Below, one piece after another: positions 13,725 through 26,140 of a stretch of 64,000 nucleotides of DNA. The position numbers were made by a program, and so were the translations under genes. The notes under the pieces were generated by a model, which was given only the letters and a program-made list of their open reading frames with translations, was not told the DNA's origin and did no database searches. Source of the stretch: Pristiophorus japonicus (Eukaryota); assembly GCF_044704955.1 (NCBI RefSeq), contig NC_091986.1, positions 190,278,001 to 190,342,000 of the forward strand. Direction: 5' to 3'. Each line of letters starts with the position of its first letter. Position 1 is the stretch's first letter.

Positions 13725-14725
13725 CCAATGGCTTAGCAGTGAATGCATTGCCCAGTGTGATACTGAGCCATGCAGGCCAGGACGGTTCCAAAGTTCAATC
13801 CCATATATGCGGAGTTAGCTGGTCTCAGCCTGGGCAGTGGTAGGAGTATTGCAATCTCTGGGCTGATCCCTGCTAGAAAGTGCACATGTGGACATCAGAT
13901 GAAAGCACAACTTATATTAACATCGTGCCCTTAACGTAGTAAAATATCCCAAGGCGCTCCACAGGAGTGTTATAAAACAAAATTTGACACCAAGCCACAT
14001 AAGGAGATATTAGGACAGAGCTTGGTCAAACAGTTAGGTTTTAAGGAGTGTCTTAAATGAGGAAACAGAGGTAGCGAGGTGGAGAGGTTTAGGGAGGGAA
14101 TTCCAGACCTTAGGGCCTAGGCATCTGAAGGCACGGCCACCAATGGTTGAGCAATTTAAATCGGGGATGCTCAAGAGACCTGAATTAGAGGAGCGCAGAT
14201 ATCTCGAGAATGGGGCTGGAGGAGATTACAGAGATAGGGAGGGGCAAGGCCATGGAAGGATTTGAAAGCAAGAATGAGAATTTTAAAATTGAGGCGTTGC
14301 TTAACCAGGAGCTAATGTAGGTCAGCGAGCACATGGGTGGTGGGCGAACGAGACTTGATGCGAGTTAGGACCCGGGCAGCTGAGTTTTGGGCAATCTCAA
14401 GTTTACGTAGGATTGAACAGGAGAAGCCAGCCAGGAGTGCATTGGAATAGTCAAGTCTAGAGATAATAAAGGCAAGGATAAGGGTTTCAGCAGCAGATGA
14501 GCTGAGGCGGTGGCAGAGACAGGCGATGTTACAGAGGTGGAAATAGGCGGTCTTAGTTGAGGACACAATTGGGCTTTACTAAGATTAAGAAACTCTCTTC
14601 CATGGCTGAAGAGACTACTGACACAAAAGATGAAGAATGGCCACTTTACATGGTATCAGAAGACTGCCAGTAACCTTGCAACCATACTTCCAAAAGTGTC
14701 AGCACCTTCAGTAGAGGATGGAAAA
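13725..14725. mobile_element. LF-SINE-like element (+) interrupted by an L2 LINE 3' fragment (-, ~13905-14560)
   Basis: SINE head at 13725-13900 resumes at ~14565. The insert encodes AAETLILAFIISRLDYSNALLAG...QNSAARVLTR, the L2 RT C-terminus. Confidence 0.75.
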
Positions 14726-14925
14726 ATATATATTTTTTTTAAATCAGCACTTTGAGCATTTAGTGATCCTTCATTTCTCAGAGCTGGTGGTTTTACAAAT
14801 ACTTTTGATGATTACTGATGCTTAACTTTTCAAATTGGAAAGTAAATATTTACATACTTGTTATACAGCTAATAAAGAACTCGCACATTTTAAAAATAAA
14901 TATAAAAGATAATATTAAGACATAC

Positions 14926-15119
14926 TCTGTCACTCCATAAATAAATACTATGTCCACGAGGATGACTGAAAGTCGTTGAAATAGGATTGTTGCATTACTG
15001 GCATAATTAAGATTCTGAACAACCAGCATTTCCTTATCGAAATATTGCGCAACGAGGGAGAGTAGGTATTCAAACCACGCAAAAAATGGTGGATAGTCCA
15101 AAGTCCATTCTGAAGTCGC
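14926..15119 (-). CDS. ALG8: ALG8 coding exon 3
   Basis: tag|GCG ACT TCA GAA TGG ACT TTG GAC TAT...ACA GA|gtatgt; [32 protein letters not shown]...VFIYGVT. 194 nt. Confidence 0.98.
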
Positions 15120-16284
15120 CTAGATTTGGGGGGCAGAAGGATGAGGAGTAATAGAGAGAGAAAATAAAATAAAAATTATACACTGTATTTTATTTAATTA
15201 TATACATTTACAATTCAGCATTTAGTATCAATTAAAAGATGACATTTATTTAAGTCAAGTAAATATCATGACATATACCTCATTTAGTGAACTTTGGTCC
15301 AATGACTATTCTTGCTGATGGCTATTACAATAAGTGGTCTTATTCAATTATATAACTAACATGGTGAAGCAGAATTAAAGGACAGGGGTTAATTGGGCCA
15401 GGACGAGCAAAAGCAATTCAGTTATCATTTTAAAGACATATTTTGTCCTTAATTTTATAAAATACATTGTTTTATATTATCTATTTAATATATTAAAAAT
15501 CTTACATCTGCACATACTTGACCCATTATACATTCCTATGGCCACATTTAAAATGGAAACTATTTATGTAAACTTGTCATGCTGTAATTACTCCCTCCTG
15601 CCAGTGGTGACACTACAATGCCTTTATTTGTGTCATCTCTACTGTCGAGAAACTCCTGTGCTCCAACTCTAGTTCGCTGCCTCCCAAACCATTAGTACCT
15701 TTTTCTATTTAACTGTAGTCTATTTTAATATCAGAGTATTGGATAAAAATAAGTACAGAATGCAGAAGCTTTAAAATGGGGGCTGAATTACATCTACACC
15801 CTCTACCCCTGCTTCAACTGAAAACTACATTTGATTAAGGAACCAGGCATATTTAAACATTAAAAATAATCCAGGCTTTACCCAATCTGAAACTGTACAA
15901 TGTTTTGCTCTAACTGCACCTCGGGTACTATATCTAGATTGATCACGTAAACACGTCAGACAATAAAGCCCTGGAGTTGTTGCACAGAGAAGGGAAAAGA
16001 CAGATCCCTAGAATCAGTGGACCGAGTTATAAAGAAATAATTAACAAATTTGAACATTTCAGCCTTGATAAAGGAGGCATAAAAGCGGCTTCTAAATTAA
16101 TAAATGGGATAGGAGCAGTAAATCCAGGACACTACATCAAGTTCAACTGTGACGGTAGGGTAAAGGACACAGGTCTAAGCCAACAAAAAGGCAAATTTGG
16201 GACTGAAGCTTTTACACAAAAAGCTTCACTTTGTGGAGAAAAAAAAAGAATCTGGAAACATTTAAGAAACAATTGGATGCTATG

Positions 16285-19200
16285 ATAGAAACATAGAAAT
16301 GAAGTGCAGGAGTAGGTCATTCGGCCCTTCGAGCCTGCACCACCATTCAATAAGATCATGGCTGATCATTCACCACAGTACCCCCTTCCTGCTTTCTCTC
16401 CATACCCCTTGATCCCTTTAGCCATAAGGGCCGTATCTAACTCCCTCTTGAATATATCCAATGAACTGGCATCAACAACTCTCTGCGGCAGGGAATTCCA
16501 CAGGTTAACAACTCTCTGAGTGAAGAAGTTTCTCCTCATCTCAGTCCTAAATGGCCTACCCCTTATCCTAAGACTGTGTCCCCTGGTTCTGGACTTCCCC
16601 ATCATCGGGAACATTCTTCCCGCATCTAACCTGTCCAGTCCCGTCAGAATTTTATGTTTCTATGAGATCCCCCTCCTCATCCTTCTAAACTCCAGTGAAT
16701 ACAGGCCCAGTCGATCCAATCTCTCCTCATATGTCAGTTCTGCCATCCTGGGAATCTGTCTGGTGAACCTTCACTGCACTCCCTCAATAGCAAGAACTTC
16801 CTTTCTCAGATTAGGAGACCAAAACTGAACACAATATTCCAGGTGAGGCCTCACTAAGGCCCTGTACAACTGCAGTACGACCTCCCTGCTCCTATACTCA
16901 AATCCCCTAGCTATGAAGGCCAATAAACCATTTATCTTCTTCACCACCTGCTGTACCTGCATGCCAACTTTCAATGACTGATGTACCATGACACCCAGGT
17001 CTCCTTGCACCTCCTCTTTTTTAAATCTGCCACCATTCAGATAATATTCAGCCTTCGTGTTTTTGTCACCAAAGTGGATAACCTCACATTTATCCACATT
17101 ATACTGCATCTGCCACGCGTTTGCCCACTCATCTCACCTGTCCAAATCACCATGCAGCCTTTTGGCGTCCTCCTCACAGCTCACACCACCACCCAGTTTA
17201 GTGTCATCTGTAAACTTGGAGATACTACACTCAATTCCCTCATCCAAATCATTAATGTATATTGTAAAGAGCCGGGGTCCCAGCACGGAGCCCTACAGCA
17301 CCCCACTAATCACTGCTTGCCATTCTGAAAAGGACACGTTTATCCCGACTCTGCTTCCTGTCTGCCAACCAGTTCTCTATCCATGTCAGTACATTAACCC
17401 CAATACCATGTGCTTTAATTTTGCACACCAATCTCTTGTGTGAGACCTTGTCAAAAGCCTTTTGAAAGTCCAAATATACCACATCCACTGGTTCTCCCTT
17501 GTCCACTCTATCAGTTACATCCTTACAAAATTCTAGAAGATTTGTCAAGCAGGACTTCCCTTTCAATAAATCCATGCTGACTTGGACTGATCCCGTCACT
17601 GCTTTCCAAATGTGCTGCTATTTCATCTTTAATAATTGATTCCAACATTTTCCCCACTACTGATGTCTGGCTAACCGGTCTATAATTACCTGTTTTCTCT
17701 CTCCCTCCTTTCTTAAAATGTGGTGTTACATTAGCTACCCTCCAGTCCATAGGAACCAATCCAGAGTCGATAGACTGCTGGAAAATAATCACCAATGCAT
17801 CCACTATTTCTAGGGCCACTTCCTTAAGTACTCTGGGATGCAGACTATCAGGCCCCCGTGGATTTATCGGTCTTCATAAGAACATAAGAATTAGGAACAG
17901 GAGTAGGCCATCTAGCCCCTCGAGCCTGCTCCGCCATTCAATAAGATCATGGCTGATCTGGTCGTGGACTCAGCTCCACTTATCCGCCCTCTCCCTGTAA
18001 CCCTTAATTCCCTTATTGCTTAAAAATCTATCTATCTTTGACTTGAAAACATTCAATGAGCCAGCCTCAACTGCTTCCTTGGGCAGAGAATTCCACAGAT
18101 TCACAACCCTCTGGGAGAAGAAATTTTTTCTCAACTCGGTTTTAAATTGGCTCCTCCGTATTTTGAGGCTGTGTCCCCTAGTTCTAGTCTCCCCCACCAA
18201 TGGAAACAACCTCTCTGCCTCTATCTTGTCTATCCCTTTCATGATTTTAAATGTTTCTATAAGATCACCCCTCATCCTTCTGAACTCCAAGGAGTAAAGA
18301 CCCAGTCTACTCAATCTATCATCATAAGTTAACCCCCTCATTTCTCGAATCAGCCTAGTGAATCGTCTCTGTACCCCTTCCAAAGCTAGTATATCCTTGC
18401 TTAAGTAAGGTGACCAAAACTACATGCAGTACTCCAGGTGCGGCCTTACCAATACCTTATACAGTTGCAGCAACACCTCCCTGCTTTTGTACTCCGTCCC
18501 TTTCGCAATGAAGGCCAACATTCCATTTGCCTTCCTGATTACCTGCTGCACCTGCAAACTAACCTTTTGGGATTTTACGTTTTAAAGTTTAATTTGTTTT
18601 AATTGCCGGTGCTTTTAGTGTCCCCCTCTCCTTTTATAGGGGGCACTGGAGGAAAAAAATTTGATTTTAGTGCCCAAAAAAAAAACAAAAAAATAAGAAA
18701 AACACAAAAAAAACCACAAAAAAAGAAAAAAACCCCACAAAAATGAAAAAAAAAGGGCCTTGTAAATGTCTGGTGTGTCATCCAGGTCGGGTGGCACGGT
18801 TTAATGTTTTATGTTTTTCAGATAAACTCCAAAAAGAGTTTCATGCACAAGGACCCCCAGGTCCCTCTGCACCACAGCATGTTGTAATTTCTCCCCATTC
18901 AAATAGTATTCCCTTTTACTGTTTTTTTTCCCCAAGGTGGATGACCTCACACTTTCCGACATTGTATTCCATCTGCCAAACCTTAGCCCATTCGCTTAAC
19001 CTATCCAAATCTCCTTGTAGCCTCTGAGTCCTCTACACAACCCGCTTTCCCACTAATCTTAGTGTCATCTGCAAATTTTGTTGCACTACACTCTGTCCCC
19101 TCTTCTAGGTCACCTATGTATATTGTAAACAGTTGTGGTCCCAGCACTGATCCCTGCGGCACACCACTAACCACTGACTTCCAACCGGAAAATAACCCAT

Positions 19201-19770
19201 TTATCCCGACTCTCTGCTTTCTGTTCGCCAGCCAATTCTCTATCCATGCTAATACATTTCCTCTGACTCCGCGTACCTTTATCTTCTGCAGTAATCTTTT
19301 GTGTGGCACCTTATCGAATGCCTTTTGGAAATCTAAATACACCACATCCATCGGTACACCTCTATCCACCATGCTCGTTATATCCTCAAAGAATTCCAGT
19401 AAGTTAGTTAAACATAATTTCCCTTTCATGAATTCATGCTGCGTCTGCTTGATTGCACTATTCCTATCCAGATGTCCCGCTATTTCTTCCTTAATGATAG
19501 TTTCAAGCATTTTCCCCACTACAGATGTTAAACTAACCGGCCTATAGTTACCTGCCTTTTGCCTGCCCCCTTTTTTAAACAGAGGCGTTACATTAGCTGC
19601 TCTCTAATCCGCTGGTACCTCCCCAGAGTCTAGAGAATTTTGGTAGATTATAACATCAATTTCCTTCAATCCCATCAATTTCCCTAACACAATTTCCCGC
19701 CTAATAAGGATTTCCTTCAGTTCCTCCTTCTCACTAGACCCTCGGTCCCCTAGTATTTCCGGAAGGTTAT
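16285..19770 (-). mobile_element. CR1 LINE (16285-17875 plus 19660-19770) with a second CR1 subfamily nested at ~17875-19652
   Basis: The first copy breaks at 'tcggtcttc' and resumes 'ttcaatcccatcaatttcc'. The nested copy starts with an (ataagaac)n tail and carries RT motifs (PQGSVLGP, KFADD). Confidence 0.9.
18574..18840 (+). mobile_element. 267-bp A-rich structured insertion in CR1 (putative 3' UTR of a non-LTR element)
   Basis: Splits the CR1 sequence 'tttgggat|tcatgcacaagg', which is uninterrupted in the sister copy at ~46952-46972. Contains gtgycc..ggcac hairpin modules and long A tracts. Confidence 0.6.
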
Positions 19771-19936
19771 GATGCGTAGGACTGTAGGTGTTCCGAATAT
19801 ATCAAATAAAATGGGATGAATGGTCTTCGTCATCCATATCCTGACTGAAAGGACATGACAGGAATGACTAAATTATCACAGGACATAGCACACCTTCACA
19901 TATCATGAAAGCTACCCTGAAATAGTAAAGACTTAC

Positions 19937-20015
19937 TTCATAATACCACTGTGAAACAGGAAAACTGTGAGTAATTGCCAGCCAGTTTCTGTGGACTTCA
20001 AAGTCTGTTGAATGA
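19937..20015 (-). CDS. ALG8: ALG8 coding exon 2
   Basis: tag|T CAT TCA ACA GAC TTT GAA...TAT GAA|gtaagt; [26 protein letters not shown]. 79 nt. Confidence 0.98.
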
Positions 20016-20654
20016 CTACAAGTGAAATAATTAAATAATAACTAAGCATTTCATGCAAATAGATCAATGATGTACATTTCCCAAATAAGACAGTTGAAAT
20101 GATAAATACACAATCAATGATCATTTTGCTTTATGGTCAGACGCTTTGCTGCAGAACACATGCACATCAATTAAATGAACTATAAGTACTAAAAATACTC
20201 AATTTAATCAGTAACACTACTGCATTTCCAACAAATGGAGCACAAAGTTACAAACAGGCCTATTTCACACTTGATTTAGAGTGATATTCAGTCATTTTTG
20301 TTTAAAGATGCAACCTTTCATTCCACTGTGATGACTTGCTGGGTAAATGTACCCAGCAGAGTGATATTGAGTCATATAAACCATGAAAGTACAGTTTTGA
20401 CTAGCAGTTTGTACCAAGTAGGGTCTTTCTGGATGTATGCATTAGATGGCCTTCCTCATCTTTAAGAATCTTGTGATGTGATCTCAGCCTGGGTAGCAAT
20501 AGAGGAATACAATTGGCCATAGAGCCCCCCAGCTAGGGAAGGGGAAAAAAACAATCCTAATCAATGTCCAGTGGCAAGGAAAGTGTCTGCATGTGTGGTC
20601 AGGATTGGGCAAAGCAGTCATCCCATCACTCTCTTCCCTCTCCCCCAACAGTAA

Positions 20655-21090
20655 TGTCAGTTGTGGCTCAGTGGGTGGCATTCTTGCCTCGGAGTCAGAA
20701 AGTTGGGGGTTCAAGTCCCACTCCAGAGACTTGAGCACAAAAATCTAGGCTGACACTCCAGTGCAGTACTGATGGAGTGCTGCACTGTCAGAGGTGCCAT
20801 CTTTCAGATGAGATGTTAAAGCAAGGCCCCGTCTGCTCTGTCAGGTGGACATAAAAGATGCCATGGCACTATTTAGAAGAACACGGGAGTTAACCCTGGC
20901 CAACATCACTAAAACAGATTATCTGGTCATTATCACAGTTGCTGTTTGTGGGAGCTTGCTGTACACCAATTAGCTGCCGCATTTCCTACATTACAACAGC
21001 GACTACACTTCAAAAAGTACTTCATTGGCTGTAAAGTGCTTTGGAGTGTCCGGTGGTCATGAAAGGCGCTATATAAATGCAAGTCTTTTA
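20655..21090 (+). mobile_element. SacSINE1-like DeuSINE, full length
   Basis: A and B boxes, Deu domain, 3' tail 'gaaaggcgctatataaatgcaag'. Confidence 0.85.
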
Positions 21091-21379
21091 ATCATCCATA
21101 GGCACATTCAAGAAAGCTCATTTGGGCAAAGCACTGGAGGGTCCCCATTGGCCGTGTCACTGTATCCCTGCACTCAACCGCTCCTGGAAAGGGCAGAGAA
21201 CTAGAAAAAAGATCAGATTTGTAATCTGATGGGGACAACGAAGGAACATTATAGCATGGATTTCTGAAAACGTCTGACAGTTGATCTGAGCGTTAAGAGA
21301 TTAACCCTTAAAACATTTTACTCCGTTTGCAGTAACATTCGGCGAAAGTCCCATTAAAAGCAACAGAACATTTGGCCCT

Positions 21380-21700
21380 GAAACTGCGGTCGCAGCATCT
21401 CCAGGCCCCTCTCCTCTCCTCCCCCGGACCGTGCGTGTGGCGAAAATTCATACTTTCAAACAAAACCAGCTTAAGGATAAAGCCCCGGGCCCGAGGCAGC
21501 TCTTACTAAGCAGGGATCAGCAGACACTTTAACAGGGTCACACCGACAACGAGCGGCGCCAACCAGCTCCAACTGCTCACACTGGGCGCCTCCATTGCTG
21601 TTTCACACAACTTTATTCAAACTCACAGTTCAGCTGCAACGAGCAAAGCTACTCACTGAGTGAGTGCAAGTAAAGGCAACTTCCTGCTCGACTCCTTATT
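21380..21700 (-). promoter_or_regulatory. ALG8 promoter/first-exon CpG-enriched region with ETS-like site
   Basis: Local CpG enrichment around exon 1; CAGGAAGT on the minus strand near 21680. Confidence 0.45.
21507..21595 (-). CDS. ALG8: ALG8 coding exon 1 (start codon)
   Basis: gcaATGGAG...CCT GCT TA|gtaaga; [29 protein letters not shown](Y), matching human [20 protein letters not shown]. Confidence 0.96.
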
Positions 21701-22213
21701 TCTTTTCATTCAAATCACACAACTTTATGTGAGCCTGTTACTTTTCCCTATGGAATGTTTTATTGCGTTTACTTCAAAGAAAGGTTTAAAATAAAAAAAG
21801 TTTTTCTGCTAAAAGTTTTATTATACACCACATGGTATTCTCTTACAGAGGCCAGTGAAATAAAAACTGGTACAAATGAGTAGGTCAGAACTGATGATTC
21901 GCAAGTGGTAGCTTGAATCCTGTTGCTGTCTCTCATGCCAATGACATCAGCCTCAGTTGCCATGTAACCAAATTATCCAAAAATAAACAAGGTTCAAAAT
22001 GGTTATATTTTCTTATTCCCAGGATCGTAGCTTAGCTTGGGGTGCAACTCAAAGGATCTTAGCAACCCTCTAGTACCCGAATCAAATAATCACGCTTCAT
22101 GAGTGTCAAAGCATTTGACTGAGGGTGGTGGGGGTCTGGAACTCACTGCCTGAAAGGGTGGTAGAGGCAGAAACGTTCATCACATTTAAAAAATGCTTGG
22201 ATGTGTACTTGAA

Positions 22214-23328
22214 TTGGGGGATTTGGGGGTAGTGTGCTGACATGGATGGAGAACTGGTTGGCAGACAGGAAGCAAAGAGTAGGAGTAAATGGGTACTTTT
22301 CAGAACGGCAGGCAGTGACTAGTGGGGTACCGCAAGGTTCTGTGCTGGGGCCCCAGCTGTTTACATTGTACATTAATGATTTAGACGAGGGGATTAAATG
22401 TAGTATCTCCAAATTTTCGGATGACACTAAGTTGGGTGGCAGTGTGAGCTGCGAGGAGGATGCTATGAGGCTGCAGAATGACTTGGATAGGTTAGGTGAG
22501 TGGGCAAATGCATGGCAGATGAAGTATAATGTGGATAAATGTGAGGTTATCCACTTTGGTGGTAAAAACAGAGAGACAGACTATTATCTGAATGGTGACA
22601 GATTAGGAAAAGGGGAGGTGCAACGAGACATGGGTGTCATGGTACATCAGTCATTGAAGATTGGCATGCAAGTACAGCAGGCGGTTAAGAAAGCAAATGG
22701 CATGTTGGCGAGGGGATTTGAGTACAGGGGCAAGGAGGTGTTACTACAGTTGTACATGGCCTTGGTGAGGCCACACCTGGAGTATTGTGTACAGTTTTGG
22801 TCTCCTAACTTGAGGAAGGACATTCTTGCTATTGAGGGAGTGCAGCGAAGGTTCACCAGACTGATTCCTGGGATGGCGGGACTGACATATCAAGAAAGAC
22901 TGGATCAACTGGGCTTGTATTCACTGGAGTTCAGAAGAATGAGAGGGGATCTCATAGAAACGTTTAAAATTCTGACGGGTTTAGACAGGTTAGATACAGC
23001 AAGAATGTTCCCAATGTTGGGGAAGTCCAGAACCAGGGGTCACAGTCTAAGGATAAGGGGTAAGCCATTTAGGACCGAGATAAGGAGAAACTTCTTCACC
23101 CAGAGAGTGGTGAACCTGTCGAATTCTCCACCACAGAAAGTTGTTGAGGCCAATTCACTAAATATATTCAAAAAGGAGTTCGATGTAGTCCTTACTACTA
23201 GGGGGATCATGGTGAGAAAGCAGGAATGGGGTACTGAAGTTGCATGTTCAGCCATGAACTCATTGAATGGCGGTGCAGGCTCGAAGGGCCGAATGGCCTA
23301 CTCCTGCACTATTTTCTATGTTTCTATG
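22214..23328 (+). mobile_element. CR1 LINE 3' part (long open RT frame 22234-23388), inserted in an older CR1 remnant
   Basis: [22 protein letters not shown]; ttctatgtttctatg tail. Confidence 0.93.
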
Positions 23329-24435
23329 AAGTGCTATAATCTACAAGGCTACAGATCAAGAGCTGGAAAGTGGGATTTGGCTGGATAGCTCTTTTCCAGC
23401 TGGCACAGACACGATGGGCTGAATGGCCTGCTTTTGTGCTGCAAATTATTATGATTGTATGAACTAGGTTGGGAGGAAATCAAGAGATCAGGTGTTGGAT
23501 CACATGGAGGAGTTGTGTCTGATGGGAGGTGGGAGGGAAAATGGAAAAAATAACTTTTGAGAGAAAGGATCAATGATGTTGAAAGCAGTAGGCCAACAGA
23601 AGACTAAGGCAGATGGTGTTAGTTTTGGAAATTAAGAAATCGATGAGTTTATCAAGAGATATGGGGATAGTGCAGGAAGGTGGAATTGAGGTAGAAGATC
23701 AGCCGTGATCTCATTGAATGGTGGAAGGGCCAAATGGCCTATTCCTGCTCCTATTTTTTTTGTTATGACAGATGGATGAATGAATGGGTGGGGGAGAGAG
23801 GGCAATGCAGATAAACGCCACCAGACATTCATACATACAGCCTTTCTAGCAGGAGTCATTGAAGGTGAATAAGGTTTAATCCAACCGCCAATCCTTCAGT
23901 TTATAGGCACTGAGGCTAATTGTAGTTTCCCCACTGCTGCCCTGGCTGAGATCAGCTAAGTTGTCATAGAAACTGTATGGTTCATTACCAAACCATGTCG
24001 TGCACATACCTACTGAGCTGTGTGTGGAATATTTTGAATTATTTGGGAGAAAAATTTACTCAGATAACCAAAACCATGAATAGAACCCCGAGTAAGTTAT
24101 GTTTATGTGGGAAGCAAATCTGTCTAGAGGTAGCTTTGATTTTGGGGTAAGGCAGTGAAGTTGGTTTCCCGCAGTATTGATTGTCTGTACTTAACTGCAG
24201 CAGCAAGTTGCCATGGTGGGATTTGAACTCACAACCATGAAGTTGCTGGCCCAATCCATAACCACCATATTACCAAACCCTATATATCTTTAAGTCCTGT
24301 GTTATGTATATATTTTCAGTAAAAATAAACCCAATTTATTCTTGTTTATCAGGAAATAGTTTTCTTTGGCAATAGCTATTTGTGGAACCTTGGCGTGTGC
24401 AGAATGGCTGCCACATATAGCTGCATAATAGCATG

Positions 24436-26140
24436 CATTCCTCAACAACTTTCTGTGGTAGAGAATTCCACAGGTTCACAACTCTCTGGGTGAAAAAGTT
24501 TCTCCTCATCTTGGTCCTATATGACTTACCCCTTATCCTTAGACTGTGTCCCCTGGTTCTGGACTTCCCCAACATCGGGAACATTCTTCCTGCATCTCAC
24601 CTGTCCAGTACCATCAGAATTTTATACGTTTCTATAAGATCCCCTCTCATTCTTCTAAATTCCAGTGAATATAAGCCGAGCGGATCCATGCCAGTCCTCA
24701 TACATCAGTCCAGCCCATCCCGGGAATTAGTCTGGTGAACCTTCGCTGCACTCCCTCAATAGCAAGCACGTCCTTCCTCAGATTGGGAGACCAAAACTGT
24801 ACACAATACTCAAGGTGTGGTCTCACCAAGGCCATTTAGCAAGACCTCCCTGTTCCTATATGCAAATCCCCTCACTATGAAGGCCAGCATGCCATTTTCT
24901 TTCTTTACTGCCTGCTGTACCTGCATGCCTACCTTTAATGACTAATGTACCGTGACACCCAAGTCTCGTTGCACCTTCCCTTTTAATAATCTGTCACCAT
25001 TCAGATAACAATCTGCCTTCCTGGTTTTGTCACCAAAGTGGATAACCTCACATTTATCCACATTATACTGCATCTGCCATGCATTTGCCCACTCACCTAA
25101 CCTGTCCAAGTCCCCCTACAGCCTCTTAGCGTCCTCCTCACAGCTCACACCGCCATCCAGCTTAGTGTCATCTGCAAACTTGGAGATATTACATTCAATT
25201 CCTTCGTCTAAATCATTAATGTATATTGTAAATAGCTGAGATCCCAGCACTGAACCTTGCGGCACCCCACTAGTCACTGCCTGCCATTCTGTAAAGGACC
25301 CACTCTTTGCTTCCTGTGTGCCAACCATTTCTCTATCCACGTCAATACATTACCCCCAATACCATGTGCCTTAATTTTGCACACTAATCGCTTGTGTGGG
25401 GCCTTGTCAAAAGCCTTTTGAAAGTCCAAATACACCACATCCACTGGTTCTCCCTTATCCACTCTACTAGTTACATCCTCAAAAAACTCTAGAAGATTTG
25501 TCAAGCATGATTTCCCTTTCATAAATCCATGCTGACTTGGACCGATCCTGCCACTGCTTTCCAAATGGGCTGCTATTACATCTTTAATAATTGACTCCAG
25601 CATTTTTCCTACCACTGATGTCAGGCTAACCGGTCTATAATTCCCTGTTTTCTCTCTGCCTCCTTTTTTAAAAAGTGGGGTTACATTAGCTACCCTCCAA
25701 TCCATAGGAACTGATCCAGAGTCCATGGAATGTTGGAAAATGACCAATGCATCTACTATTTCTAGGGCCATTTCCTTAAGTACACTGGGATGCAGATTAT
25801 CAGGCCCTGGGGATTTATCGGCCTCCAGTCCCTTCAATTTCTCTAACATAATTTCCTGACTAATAAGGATTTCCCTCAGTTCCCCCTTCTCGCTAGATCC
25901 TCGGTCCCTGACTATTTTCGGGAGGTTATTCATGTCTTCCTTAGTGAAGACAGAACCAAAGTATTTGTTCAATTGGTCTGCCATTTCCTTGTTCCCCATT
26001 ATGAATTCACCTGATTCTCACTGCAAGGGACCTACATTAGAAACATAGAAACATAGAAAATAGGTGCAGGAGTAGGCCATTCGGCCCTTCTAGCCTGCAC
26101 CGCCATTCAATGAGTTCATGGCTGAACATGCAACTTCAGT
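24436..26140 (-). mobile_element. CR1 LINE fragment plus a short second CR1 3' end (26039-26140)
   Basis: ORF 25274-25999 encodes the RT N-terminal part; (tagaaaca)n tail at 26039. Confidence 0.9.
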
